IMG/VR virus record: IMGVR_UViG_3300042987_003051 | Span: 1-64,000 of that record | Source: a virus | Length of the DNA stretch: 64,000 bases | Strand: one strand, 5' to 3' | Shown: positions 7,689 through 14,405 of the stretch, one piece after another | Position numbering within the stretch: the stretch's first letter is position 1 | Layout: every line of letters begins with the position of its first letter | Translations under genes and position numbers: made by a program | Notes under the pieces: generated by a model | Told to the model about the DNA's origin: nothing | The model's input: the letters and a program-made list of their open reading frames with translations, nothing else | Databases searched by the model: none

Positions 7689-7763
7689 GTCCGTGTAGCG
7701 CAATCGGTAGGAGGCAACAGACTTAAAATCTGTACAGTGCGAGTTCGAATCTCGCCACGGACA
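7689..7763 (+). tRNA. tRNA-Leu(TAA), short variable loop
   Basis: Loop CTTAAAA. Confidence 0.9.
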
Positions 7764-7766
7764 TAT

Positions 7767-7840
7767 GCTGGTGTAGCGCAACGGTAGGAGGCAACCGACT
7801 CAAAATCGGTACAGTGTGGGTTCGAATCCCTCCACCAGCA
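7767..7840 (+). tRNA. tRNA-Leu(CAA), short variable loop
   Basis: Loop CTCAAAA. Confidence 0.9.
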
Positions 7841-7959
7841 TTCCATCGGCAGATGGAAAGGCGAATTTAGGTGATGCATCACTTATAGGAGCCTGGAACG
7901 ATTATCAATGGTTCGATTCCCTTCGCTCTGGTGAGGTGATAAAAGTTCCTTAATTTTTT

Positions 7960-8034
7960 GTTGGGTTGGTCTAATGGTAAGATGCAGGTCTCCAAAACCT
8001 TGCGATGGGAGTTCAAATCTCTCACCCTTCGCCA
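7960..8034 (+). tRNA. tRNA-Trp(CCA)
   Basis: Loop CTCCAAA; two U-U mismatches in the acceptor stem; encoded CCA. Confidence 0.85.
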
Positions 8035-8037
8035 CAT

Positions 8038-8112
8038 GCCCTGGTAACTCAGTGGAAGAGTGCTTCGCTACGAACGAAGAAGACGGGGGTTCAAATCCCT
8101 CTCAGGGTGCCA
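8038..8112 (+). tRNA. tRNA-Arg(ACG)
   Basis: Loop CTACGAA; encoded CCA. Confidence 0.92.
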
Positions 8113-8145
8113 TTACAATCTAAATACGGTAGGTGCAAAAGAATC

Positions 8146-8616
8146 ATGGAATTAGTAGAACCACATTCAACAATATTGGTTCTGAACAGTTCTTATGAAC
8201 CATTACATTTTACAAACTGGAAACGTGCAATTGTTCTTCTCTTCAAAGAGAAAGCAAAATTGATTACTAAACGTGTCATTCGTTTAGTCAGTTATGTGAA
8301 AATTCCTTTCACTCGTGGTAAAGACTCTTATCCTACAAGAGCACTTATCTATAAACGAGATGATCATGAATGTCAATATTGTGGATCTAAAAAAGATTTG
8401 ACGATTGACCATGTGATTCCACGATCTAGAGGTGGACAAGATACCTGGGAAAACCTTGTTGCTTGCTGCTATAAATGTAATCTGAAGAAAGGAAATCATC
8501 TTCTCTCCGAAACAAATATGACTTTGAAGAAAACTCCAGAAGCACCTTTCAACCGTGTTTATTTGGATCTTCAAAAAAGTCGGGTTTCTGAATGGAGAGA
8601 GTATGTAATTGGTTGA
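8146..8616 (+). CDS. McrA-type HNH endonuclease
   Basis: LVLNSSYEPL; RDDHECQYCG...TIDHVIPRSRGG...WENLVACCYKCN. Confidence 0.92.
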   Translation: MELVEPHSTILVLNSSYEPLHFTNWKRAIVLLFKEKAKLITKRVIRLVSYVKIPFTRGKDSYPTRALIYKRDDHECQYCGSKKDLTIDHVIPRSRGGQDTWENLVACCYKCNLKKGNHLLSETNMTLKKTPEAPFNRVYLDLQKSRVSEWREYVIG

Positions 8617-8673
8617 GGACGGTTTCGGAACTGTCATAAGGTAGTTGACAAAACATCCTATATACCCTATAGT
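8617..8673 (+). promoter_or_regulatory. Palindromic motif plus sigma70-type promoter upstream of the tRNA-Met/Val and DUF2828 unit
   Basis: GACGGTT-TCGG-AACTGTC, then TTGACA-17 nt-TATAGT. Confidence 0.7.
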
Positions 8674-8713
8674 ATAAAGGTAATCGGGGGTTTCACCTTA
8701 AACCCCTCAACAA

Positions 8714-8785
8714 CGTGGGGAAGTGTAACGGTTGCACAGAAGTCTCATAAGCTTCAGGAAGGAGGTTCAATTCCTCCCCCCGCCA
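8714..8785 (+). tRNA. tRNA-Met(CAT), initiator-like
   Basis: Loop CTCATAA; unpaired C1; lacks the three G-C pairs in the anticodon stem. Confidence 0.8.
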
Positions 8786-8786
8786 T

Positions 8787-8873
8787 TGGAAATCGATAGA
8801 TTTCCATATAAAAAAGTGATAGAGGGTAAGTCACCGTTATATCCTTATGAGGTATATCACACTTACTCCATCA
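8787..8873 (+). ncRNA. Unknown structured RNA, copy 2
   Basis: Homologous to 3755-3838; the first hairpin differs in sequence but still pairs. Confidence 0.6.
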
Positions 8874-8875
8874 TG

Positions 8876-8947
8876 CCTTGGGTAGTCTAGTGGTCAGGAC
8901 AGGCAGACAATGCACTTGGAGTTCGGGTTCGATTCCCGACCTGAGGA
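8876..8947 (+). ncRNA. tRNA-like RNA with degenerate anticodon arm
   Basis: Intact acceptor, D and T arms; anticodon arm reduced to GCA-GACAA-TGC. Confidence 0.6.
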
Positions 8948-8954
8948 AAAAATT

Positions 8955-9026
8955 GGGAGGTTAACTCAGCGGTAGAGTTCTTGCCTTACAAGCAAGCAGT
9001 CACTGGTTCGAATCCAGTACTTCCCA
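8955..9026 (+). tRNA. tRNA-Val(TAC)
   Basis: Loop CTTACAA. Confidence 0.93.
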
Positions 9027-9042
9027 TCACCTTCGGGTGTAT

Positions 9043-9104
9043 AAGATGAGGCAGCAATCTTACACGCACTAAACGTTAAATTTAGCCAGCCAAAAACTCA
9101 TCTT
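9043..9104 (+). ncRNA. Stem-CAGCAA hairpin element
   Basis: AAGATGAG-G-CAGCAA...CTCATCTT; inner hairpin CTAAA-CGTTAAA-TTTAG. Confidence 0.7.
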
Positions 9105-9109
9105 GTCTA

Positions 9110-9173
9110 AAGTTGATTCAGCAGAACAATGTCTCCAACATCTTCTGTGAAATCGACAATTCACAATCAACTT
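9110..9173 (+). ncRNA. Stem-CAGCA hairpin element abutting the DUF2828 SD
   Basis: AAGTTGATT-CAGCAG...AATCAACTT, immediately followed by GGAGA and ATG 9186. Confidence 0.7.
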
Positions 9174-9185
9174 GGAGAAAACATC

Positions 9186-10649
9186 ATGACTTTCATTACT
9201 GCTCTCGAAACTCAAATGAACGACACCGTGACCGCAAACGGTGCAAAATCTTATAAGTCCACGCTGAACAAGTGTCTGGATTTGTTTGGAAAAATTGGTG
9301 CTTGCCGTAACAATGTCAATCAGGCACAAAAACTGTTCGCCCATGCGTATGCTGAGAATCCTGAGACTGCAACTCGTATTCTCTTCTGGGCACGGGATAT
9401 TCGTGGTGGTCAGGGAGAACGTGCTGTTTTCCGTCAACTATTCAAATATCTTGTAGAGGAAAATGGTGAAATCGGTCAAAAACTGGTTTCTCTGGTTCCT
9501 GTCTATGGACGCTGGGATGACCTGCTCGTTCTGGAAAACACTTCTGCATGGGAAACTGTGCTGAATGTAATTCAGACTCAACTGAACGTGGATCGCATCT
9601 CTTACAAGGCAGGAGAATCCGTTTCTCTGCTTGCCAAGTGGTTGCCTTCTATCAACGCTTCCAGCAAGGACACCAAGCGTCTTGGTCGCAAGATTGCAGA
9701 GCATCTTGGACTGACTGAGCGTGAGTATCGTAAGATTCTGAGCAATCTGCGTACTCATATCAATGTCGTTGAGAAGGCGATGTGCTCTAAGGAGTGGTCT
9801 GCAATTGACTATTCCAAAGTACCTTCTCGTGCATCTTTCATGTACCGCAAGGCATTTGCAAAGCAAGATGGCACTCGTTACCAAGAGTATCTGAATGCTG
9901 TTTCAAAAGGTGAAGCAAAGATCAACGCTGCAACTCTGTACCCTTACGATATTGTCGAACAATATCTCTACAAGGGTGCTCGAAATGACAAGACTATCGA
10001 CCTGCAGTGGGAAGCACTTCCTAACTACATGGAAGGTAAGGAGTTCAACGGACTCGTTGTTGCAGACGTTTCTGGTTCTATGATGGGTCGTCCTATGGCA
10101 GTGTCTATCTCTCTTGCAATGTATATTGCAGAGCGTAATACTGCTCAAGTGTGGAAGAACAAGTTCCTGACTTTCTCTGAACGTCCTGAACTTCAATCCA
10201 TTGTTGGTTCTACCATCGGTTCTCGGATTGGTAATCTTTCCCGTGCTGCTTGGCAAATGAATACTGACCTCATGGCAGTGTTCAAGACTGTTCTTGATGC
10301 CGGGGTAAAGAATAATGTTTCCGCAGAGGACATGCCTCAAAAACTGATCATTGTCTCTGACATGCAGTTTGACCAGTGCTGCCGCTCTAACAAGCGAAGC
10401 AACTTTGAGCAAATTCAAAAACTCTACCGTAAGGCAGGGTATGAAATGCCTCAACTGGTCTTCTGGAATGTAAACTCTTATGGTGATGTTCCAATCAAAG
10501 CACATGATACTGGTACCTGCCTTGTGTCTGGTTGCAGTCCTTCAATTCTGAAGTCCGTGCTTACTGACAGTGTTCTCACTCCAGTTGACACGATGAACGA
10601 TGCGGTGTATGATGAGCGTTATGCACCAATTGGCGAAGTGTTCGCCTGA
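9186..10649 (+). CDS. DUF2828-type protein: Ro60/TROVE-like helical region plus C-terminal vWA domain
   Basis: ARDIRGGQGER, YGRWDDL and SLLAKWLPS motifs; MIDAS DVSGS and IIVSDMQFD; SD supports start 9186. Confidence 0.82.
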   Translation: MTFITALETQMNDTVTANGAKSYKSTLNKCLDLFGKIGACRNNVNQAQKLFAHAYAENPETATRILFWARDIRGGQGERAVFRQLFKYLVEENGEIGQKLVSLVPVYGRWDDLLVLENTSAWETVLNVIQTQLNVDRISYKAGESVSLLAKWLPSINASSKDTKRLGRKIAEHLGLTEREYRKILSNLRTHINVVEKAMCSKEWSAIDYSKVPSRASFMYRKAFAKQDGTRYQEYLNAVSKGEAKINAATLYPYDIVEQYLYKGARNDKTIDLQWEALPNYMEGKEFNGLVVADVSGSMMGRPMAVSISLAMYIAERNTAQVWKNKFLTFSERPELQSIVGSTIGSRIGNLSRAAWQMNTDLMAVFKTVLDAGVKNNVSAEDMPQKLIIVSDMQFDQCCRSNKRSNFEQIQKLYRKAGYEMPQLVFWNVNSYGDVPIKAHDTGTCLVSGCSPSILKSVLTDSVLTPVDTMNDAVYDERYAPIGEVFA

Positions 10650-10664
10650 TAAGTGTGAGGGGGG

Positions 10665-10694
10665 TTGACAATCTCTTCTCCCCTCTGCTAAGAT
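10665..10694 (+). promoter_or_regulatory. Sigma70-type promoter for the downstream small-RNA array
   Basis: TTGACA...TG-C-TAAGAT, inside a G/C hairpin after the DUF2828 stop. Confidence 0.65.
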
Positions 10695-10703
10695 AAAAAG
10701 ACA

Positions 10704-10758
10704 AAGATGGTTCAGCGACACTAAAAAATTACACTGAAATGTAACTAAAATCCATCTT
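10704..10758 (+). ncRNA. Stem-CAGCGA hairpin element
   Basis: AAGATGG-TT-CAGCGA...CCATCTT; inner TTACA-CTGAAA-TGTAA. Confidence 0.7.
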
Positions 10759-10765
10759 GATACAC

Positions 10766-10877
10766 GGGGAGGTAGCTCAGTTGGTAGAGCAACCGTCTAT
10801 AAAACCATCTTGTATAAGATGTATCTGCAATTAATACTAAAAACAGTTTGTCGTAAGTTCAATTCTTACCCTCCCCT
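10766..10877 (+). ncRNA. tRNA-scaffold RNA with the permuted stem-CTGCAA motif in place of the anticodon loop
   Basis: GGGGAGG/CCTCCCC acceptor, canonical D and T arms; insert CATCTT-GTAT-AAGATG-TAT-CTGCAA. Confidence 0.75.
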
Positions 10878-10881
10878 CTTA

Positions 10882-10928
10882 TAGATGATTCAGCAATTCT
10901 CCGCTGCTTATGCAAACAAAATCATCTA
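10882..10928 (+). ncRNA. Stem-CAGCAA hairpin element
   Basis: TAGATGATT-CAGCAA...AATCATCTA. Confidence 0.72.
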
Positions 10929-10933
10929 GTTTC

Positions 10934-11052
10934 ACCAGAATAGTGTAATGGTAGCACGCTTAAACAATCGGTTATCTAGTTTTAGATACGGACAGCAATT
11001 TCTATTAATCCATAGGGAGGAGGAAGTCTAGGTTCGATTCCTGGTTCTGGTA
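10934..11052 (+). ncRNA. tRNA-scaffold RNA with the permuted stem-CAGCAA motif
   Basis: ACCAGAA/TTCTGGT acceptor; insert TATCTA-GTTT-TAGATA-CGGA-CAGCAA. Confidence 0.75.
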
Positions 11053-11077
11053 TCAGACAGTTTTCTGTCTGTTTTAT

Positions 11078-11165
11078 GGGGAAATTACTCTGGGGGACCG
11101 GAGGTTATCTAGTTAAAGATAAATACTGCACCGTTCTTAATAAGTTCGACTCTTATATTTCCCCC
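11078..11165 (+). ncRNA. Minimal tRNA-scaffold RNA with the permuted motif
   Basis: GGGGAAA/TTTCCCC; T arm ATAAG-TTCGACT-CTTAT; TTATCT-AGTTAA-AGATAA-ATA-CTGCA. Confidence 0.62.
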
Positions 11166-11167
11166 CT

Positions 11168-11285
11168 GCCGAAGTAGTGTAATGGTAGCACGTTAAAAAG
11201 CGGTTATCTAGTTTTAGATACGGACAGCAATTACTCTAAATTCCATTGTCAGGGAGAGGTTTGGGTTCGATTCCCGACTTCGGCG
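11168..11285 (+). ncRNA. tRNA-scaffold RNA with the permuted stem-CAGCAA motif
   Basis: GCCGAAG/CTTCGGC acceptor; same insert core as 10934-11052. Confidence 0.75.
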
Positions 11286-11286
11286 T

Positions 11287-11341
11287 TAGGTGATTCAGCA
11301 ATTTTTACTTTCTTATTTGCTAAAGGAAAAAAAATCACCTA
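11287..11341 (+). ncRNA. Stem-CAGCAA hairpin element
   Basis: TAGGTGATT-CAGCAA...AATCACCTA (compensatory A-T to G-C change). Confidence 0.72.
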
Positions 11342-11382
11342 GATCTCTATTTTGATTGCATAAATATTTCAAAAAGAGTATA

Positions 11383-11910
11383 ATGGAAGTATTATTCAAA
11401 CTCTTAAGTGATGCTCAAGCATCACTTTTTGTGTTATTTCATAAAACTTGGGTTTACCACTGGAATGTGGTTGGAAAAGATTTTCAACAACTTCATACTC
11501 TTTTTGGTGGTCAATATGAGACTATCTTTGAAGAAATCGACAGACTTTCAGAACATATGAGATACTTAAATGTAAAACCTTTAAGTAGTCTTAAAAGAGT
11601 TCTTGAAGTATCTAAAATTGATGAAGCATCCAGTTCTGCAAACTCAGAGTCTATGATTTCTGATCTTCTTCAATCAAATATTGATTTTTGTGATATTATG
11701 TCTAAAATATCAGAAGAAGCAGAGAAACAAAAGTCGTATGCTACGGCAAACTTAGTTCAGGATTTAATGGAATCTCATGGTAAGTTTGTTTGGATGCTTA
11801 GAGCATTCTCTGATACTTCATCAAAAAAAGTTGAAGAATCTGTAGAACTAGAACTAGAACTAGAACCTGAAATTGAAAATAATGAATTGGAGAATACTGT
11901 AGAAGAGTAA
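11383..11910 (+). CDS. dps: Dps family ferritin-like DNA protection protein
   Basis: YHWNVVG...LHxLF...DRLSEH ferroxidase motifs. Confidence 0.9.
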   Translation: MEVLFKLLSDAQASLFVLFHKTWVYHWNVVGKDFQQLHTLFGGQYETIFEEIDRLSEHMRYLNVKPLSSLKRVLEVSKIDEASSSANSESMISDLLQSNIDFCDIMSKISEEAEKQKSYATANLVQDLMESHGKFVWMLRAFSDTSSKKVEESVELELELEPEIENNELENTVEE

Positions 11911-11918
11911 TTAAAATC

Positions 11919-12176
11919 ATGGAAAATTTAAAAATTAGATGTCGCTCTTGTGGAAAAGAGTTGGAAGGACATCATTCAAAAACAGTAACTTGTGGTTGTC
12001 CGAACATGTCAACAATTCGTGGAGATAAAATTTCTGCAGTTGACCTATCTCACATTGTCATGTTAAACTCATTAAAAGAAAATCAAAAAACAAATATCTT
12101 GAGTCATCAAGATATTGCTTGGCAGGAAGCACGTAGACAGCGTAAAGTTCGTCGTTTGGATTTTGAGATTCGCTAA
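11919..12176 (+). CDS. Hypothetical Zn-ribbon protein
   Basis: CRSC...CGC. Confidence 0.65.
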   Translation: MENLKIRCRSCGKELEGHHSKTVTCGCPNMSTIRGDKISAVDLSHIVMLNSLKENQKTNILSHQDIAWQEARRQRKVRRLDFEIR

Positions 12177-12183
12177 AACTTAT

Positions 12184-12268
12184 GGAAGGGCAATCCGATT
12201 GGCGACGGAACCGGTCTTGAAAACCGTTGAGTGTAAAAGCCTTGGGGGTTCGACTCCCCCTCCTTCCG
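12184..12268 (+). tRNA. tRNA-Ser(TGA), second copy
   Basis: Near-identical to 5478-5562. Confidence 0.9.
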
Positions 12269-12369
12269 TTTAAAATTTAATAATTTCTTTAACAGTGTTA
12301 CTAAATGAAAACAAAAGTTGACAGTGAAAGTTCTTTGACTAGTATATAGTAGTACTATGTTTCAAACAA

Positions 12370-12519
12370 ATGGATCAGCACACCTATGATAACTGGGTGA
12401 AGATCAAAGCAACTTTTGAATCTTCTGGTAATACAAATAATATGTTTTACCGAAGAGCAGTTGAAATAGTAAAAACACGTAGAGATCCTCTTGCAAAATT
12501 TCTTGGAGATGAGAAATGA
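12370..12519 (+). CDS. Small hypothetical protein (MDQHTYDNWVKIK...)
   Basis: Read manually; follows a TTGACA promoter and is coupled to the next ORF. Confidence 0.6.
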   Translation: MDQHTYDNWVKIKATFESSGNTNNMFYRRAVEIVKTRRDPLAKFLGDEK

Positions 12520-12719
12520 TGCACGAACAGGAAGAGTTTATTACACGTTCTGAAGTTCAGGAGATGATTGATGCAGCAATACGACGACACAACCGTAATG
12601 CTTCTATCATTAGCATGTGCGTCGGTTGGGTGGTTCTTGCTTTATTTGCTGAGGGACTTTTAAGATTGATAGGAGTCATTCCGCCATTATTACCATGGCT
12701 CAAAATCACTCTGAATTAA
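12516..12719 (+). CDS. Hypothetical membrane protein
   Basis: ORF track; hydrophobic C-terminus. Confidence 0.6.
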   Translation: MMHEQEEFITRSEVQEMIDAAIRRHNRNASIISMCVGWVVLALFAEGLLRLIGVIPPLLPWLKITLN

Positions 12720-12991
12720 TTTTTCTGGTTCCTTGGTTTGTTTTATTAATTATTTCAATATCAATGTTTGTTCAAGGTTGGATGATTATGAATGCTCATT
12801 ATGGGTATTCAAAAAGTCCAAAAGTTAAACATCCGGAGTTAAATAACGTAAAAGCAGGAGATCCATTACTAGTGATAAGATTTACCGAAGAAGACTTAGC
12901 GAAACTTCAAGAAAGAGTTTTAAAACAAAAAATGGAAGAACTATTTGAAGAACCATCAACTTATGAGGACGAGGACGAAGATGAAGAGTGA
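12695..12991 (+). CDS. Hypothetical membrane protein (DUF2973-like)
   Basis: TM helix followed by HPEL...LLVIRF. Confidence 0.55.
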   Translation: MAQNHSELIFLVPWFVLLIISISMFVQGWMIMNAHYGYSKSPKVKHPELNNVKAGDPLLVIRFTEEDLAKLQERVLKQKMEELFEEPSTYEDEDEDEE

Positions 12992-13184
12992 AGACATATA
13001 TACTGCAATGACAATTTTTGGTTTAATTGGAATTTTGATCATCTGGTCCTTGACACACGCATATCCATCATGATAAAATTTGTAGAGTTTATTCTAAGCA
13101 ATCAGATTTGCTTATTCATCATTGGTTGCCTATTGACAATCGTACCAGCAATGGGTATAATGTACATACACTCAACAAAACGAG

Positions 13185-13409
13185 ATGACTGAAAAAACTA
13201 AAGAACTTCAAAAATTTACAGTAAAAGAATTTCAATCTGATTTTGATAATCTTATGAGTAAAGTTGAGAGTGGTGAATCTTTTATCATCACAAGCGAACA
13301 TGGAAATGCAGTAATTGTTCCGTACAAAGAAGTAGTAAAAGTATTTGAAGAGGTTGTGGTAGATGACGATCTCATACGAATACATACCGATCACGAAGAA
13401 GGTAGTTGA
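13185..13409 (+). CDS. Phd/YefM antitoxin-like protein
   Basis: FTVKEFQSDFDNLMSKVESGESFIIT...AVIVP matches the Phd DNA-binding fold pattern. Confidence 0.6.
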   Translation: MTEKTKELQKFTVKEFQSDFDNLMSKVESGESFIITSEHGNAVIVPYKEVVKVFEEVVVDDDLIRIHTDHEEGS

Positions 13410-13448
13410 CAAAGAGTTCCAGATCCTCTATACTAGATCTGGATTTAA

Positions 13449-13536
13449 GCGAGTGAGACTTGGTAGTCAGAGGAGTCTTATAAACTCTTTCCGCCAGATT
13501 AGCGGCTTTGACCTGGTTCGAATCCAGGCACTCGTA
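13449..13536 (+). tRNA. tRNA with TAT anticodon, long variable arm and minimal D arm
   Basis: GCGAGTG/CACTCGT; GGAGT-CTTATAA-ACTCT; variable arm CCGC-CAGATTA-GCGG; own TTGACA promoter. Confidence 0.75.
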
Positions 13537-13721
13537 TTGGAGATTTCTATATAAACTCCAAAGAATAGTTCTACTTTACAGAACTCCCTTGGGGTGTGTC
13601 TAGAACTCAAGTAAATAGATTTTAGACAATCACCAACTTCAACCATAGGACACTTTCTAAAGCGTCCTACTTGACTCTCAAACATCATTCTTCTATAATA
13701 CTAAGGTCAACAATCAAAACA

Positions 13722-13937
13722 ATGACTATCACTGCTAAATTCAAGAAAGACATTCAAACTCTTCGTGGTGCTGCAAATGGAGATTTTTACCTTGATGTAA
13801 AAAATCCGAAACTCTATAAAAAGGTTCGTCGATATTATGAGAATGAAGGTGTAGTATTTTCTGGTGATCCTCTAGATGATTATGAAATGCTTATGGAGTA
13901 CGTATCTGCCGATCTTGAATCTGTTGAGGTTGCGTAG
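13722..13937 (+). CDS. Hypothetical protein
   Basis: ORF downstream of a TTGACT...TATAAT promoter. Confidence 0.65.
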   Translation: MTITAKFKKDIQTLRGAANGDFYLDVKNPKLYKKVRRYYENEGVVFSGDPLDDYEMLMEYVSADLESVEVA

Positions 13938-13943
13938 TTAAAT

Positions 13944-14332
13944 AGTCACGGAGAGACTTTAAAAGCACTGGTCGGGAGCAACCCCCTTTATGTCAAAAAC
14001 AAGTATCTTACGATATCTTGGGAACTTTCTTCTTATGATTGGTTATCAAACTATGTTGTGGGGAGATTTTAAGTATGGTTTATTGATGAAAGTTATTGGG
14101 GGATTACTCACAGTACCTTTTGCTATTAAACTTAAATTATGGGATGTACTATTCTTATGTGCATTTTTTGGAGTTAGTGAAACATCAAAACTAATTCATC
14201 TTTTCCTAGTTTCTCAAAACTAGGTGGTGGAGTCAAATATGACCCTCTAGAGTTTCCAATCTCTCTTTCAAGGATTGGTGGTGCGGATGGGGTAATCCCG
14301 CCTGGTTTCTCGCCTCCAGTTAAATGGCAAGT
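13944..14332 (+). ncRNA. manA-like cyanophage RNA motif, apparently interrupted by an ORF
   Basis: AGTC/GACT hairpin, CTGGTCGGGA, repeated TTTC-stem-TGGTG units and GTGCGGATGGG...CCCGCCTGGTTTC; recognised from memory of the motif. Confidence 0.5.
13990..14223 (+). CDS. Small membrane protein embedded in the manA-like RNA
   Basis: ORF track; hydrophobic. Confidence 0.6.
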   Translation: MSKTSILRYLGNFLLMIGYQTMLWGDFKYGLLMKVIGGLLTVPFAIKLKLWDVLFLCAFFGVSETSKLIHLFLVSQN

Positions 14333-14405
14333 AATATTTTAAATGTTTTGAGGAGGGTTGACAACAACCTTCCTTTTTTGTATGATTATTAAAAATAACT
14401 TATAT

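Noticed and set aside
4816-8145. ORF-track ORFs overlapping tRNA genes, including the 8005 extension of the HNH gene
   Set aside because: They are chance open frames across tRNA sequences
9129-9185. Longer N-terminus for the DUF2828 protein
   Set aside because: It lies inside the RNA hairpin; the SD supports ATG 9186
10766-11285. Intron-containing tRNAs
   Set aside because: The inserts are only a few tens of nucleotides, lack group I/II cores and bulge-helix-bulge motifs, and match the free hairpin family. Removing them does not consistently restore an anticodon arm. Not fully excluded without RNA data.
9043-11341. CRISPR array interpretation of the repeated CAGCAA elements
   Set aside because: The repeats are not identical, covary as stems enclosing the variable part, are irregularly spaced, and no cas genes are present
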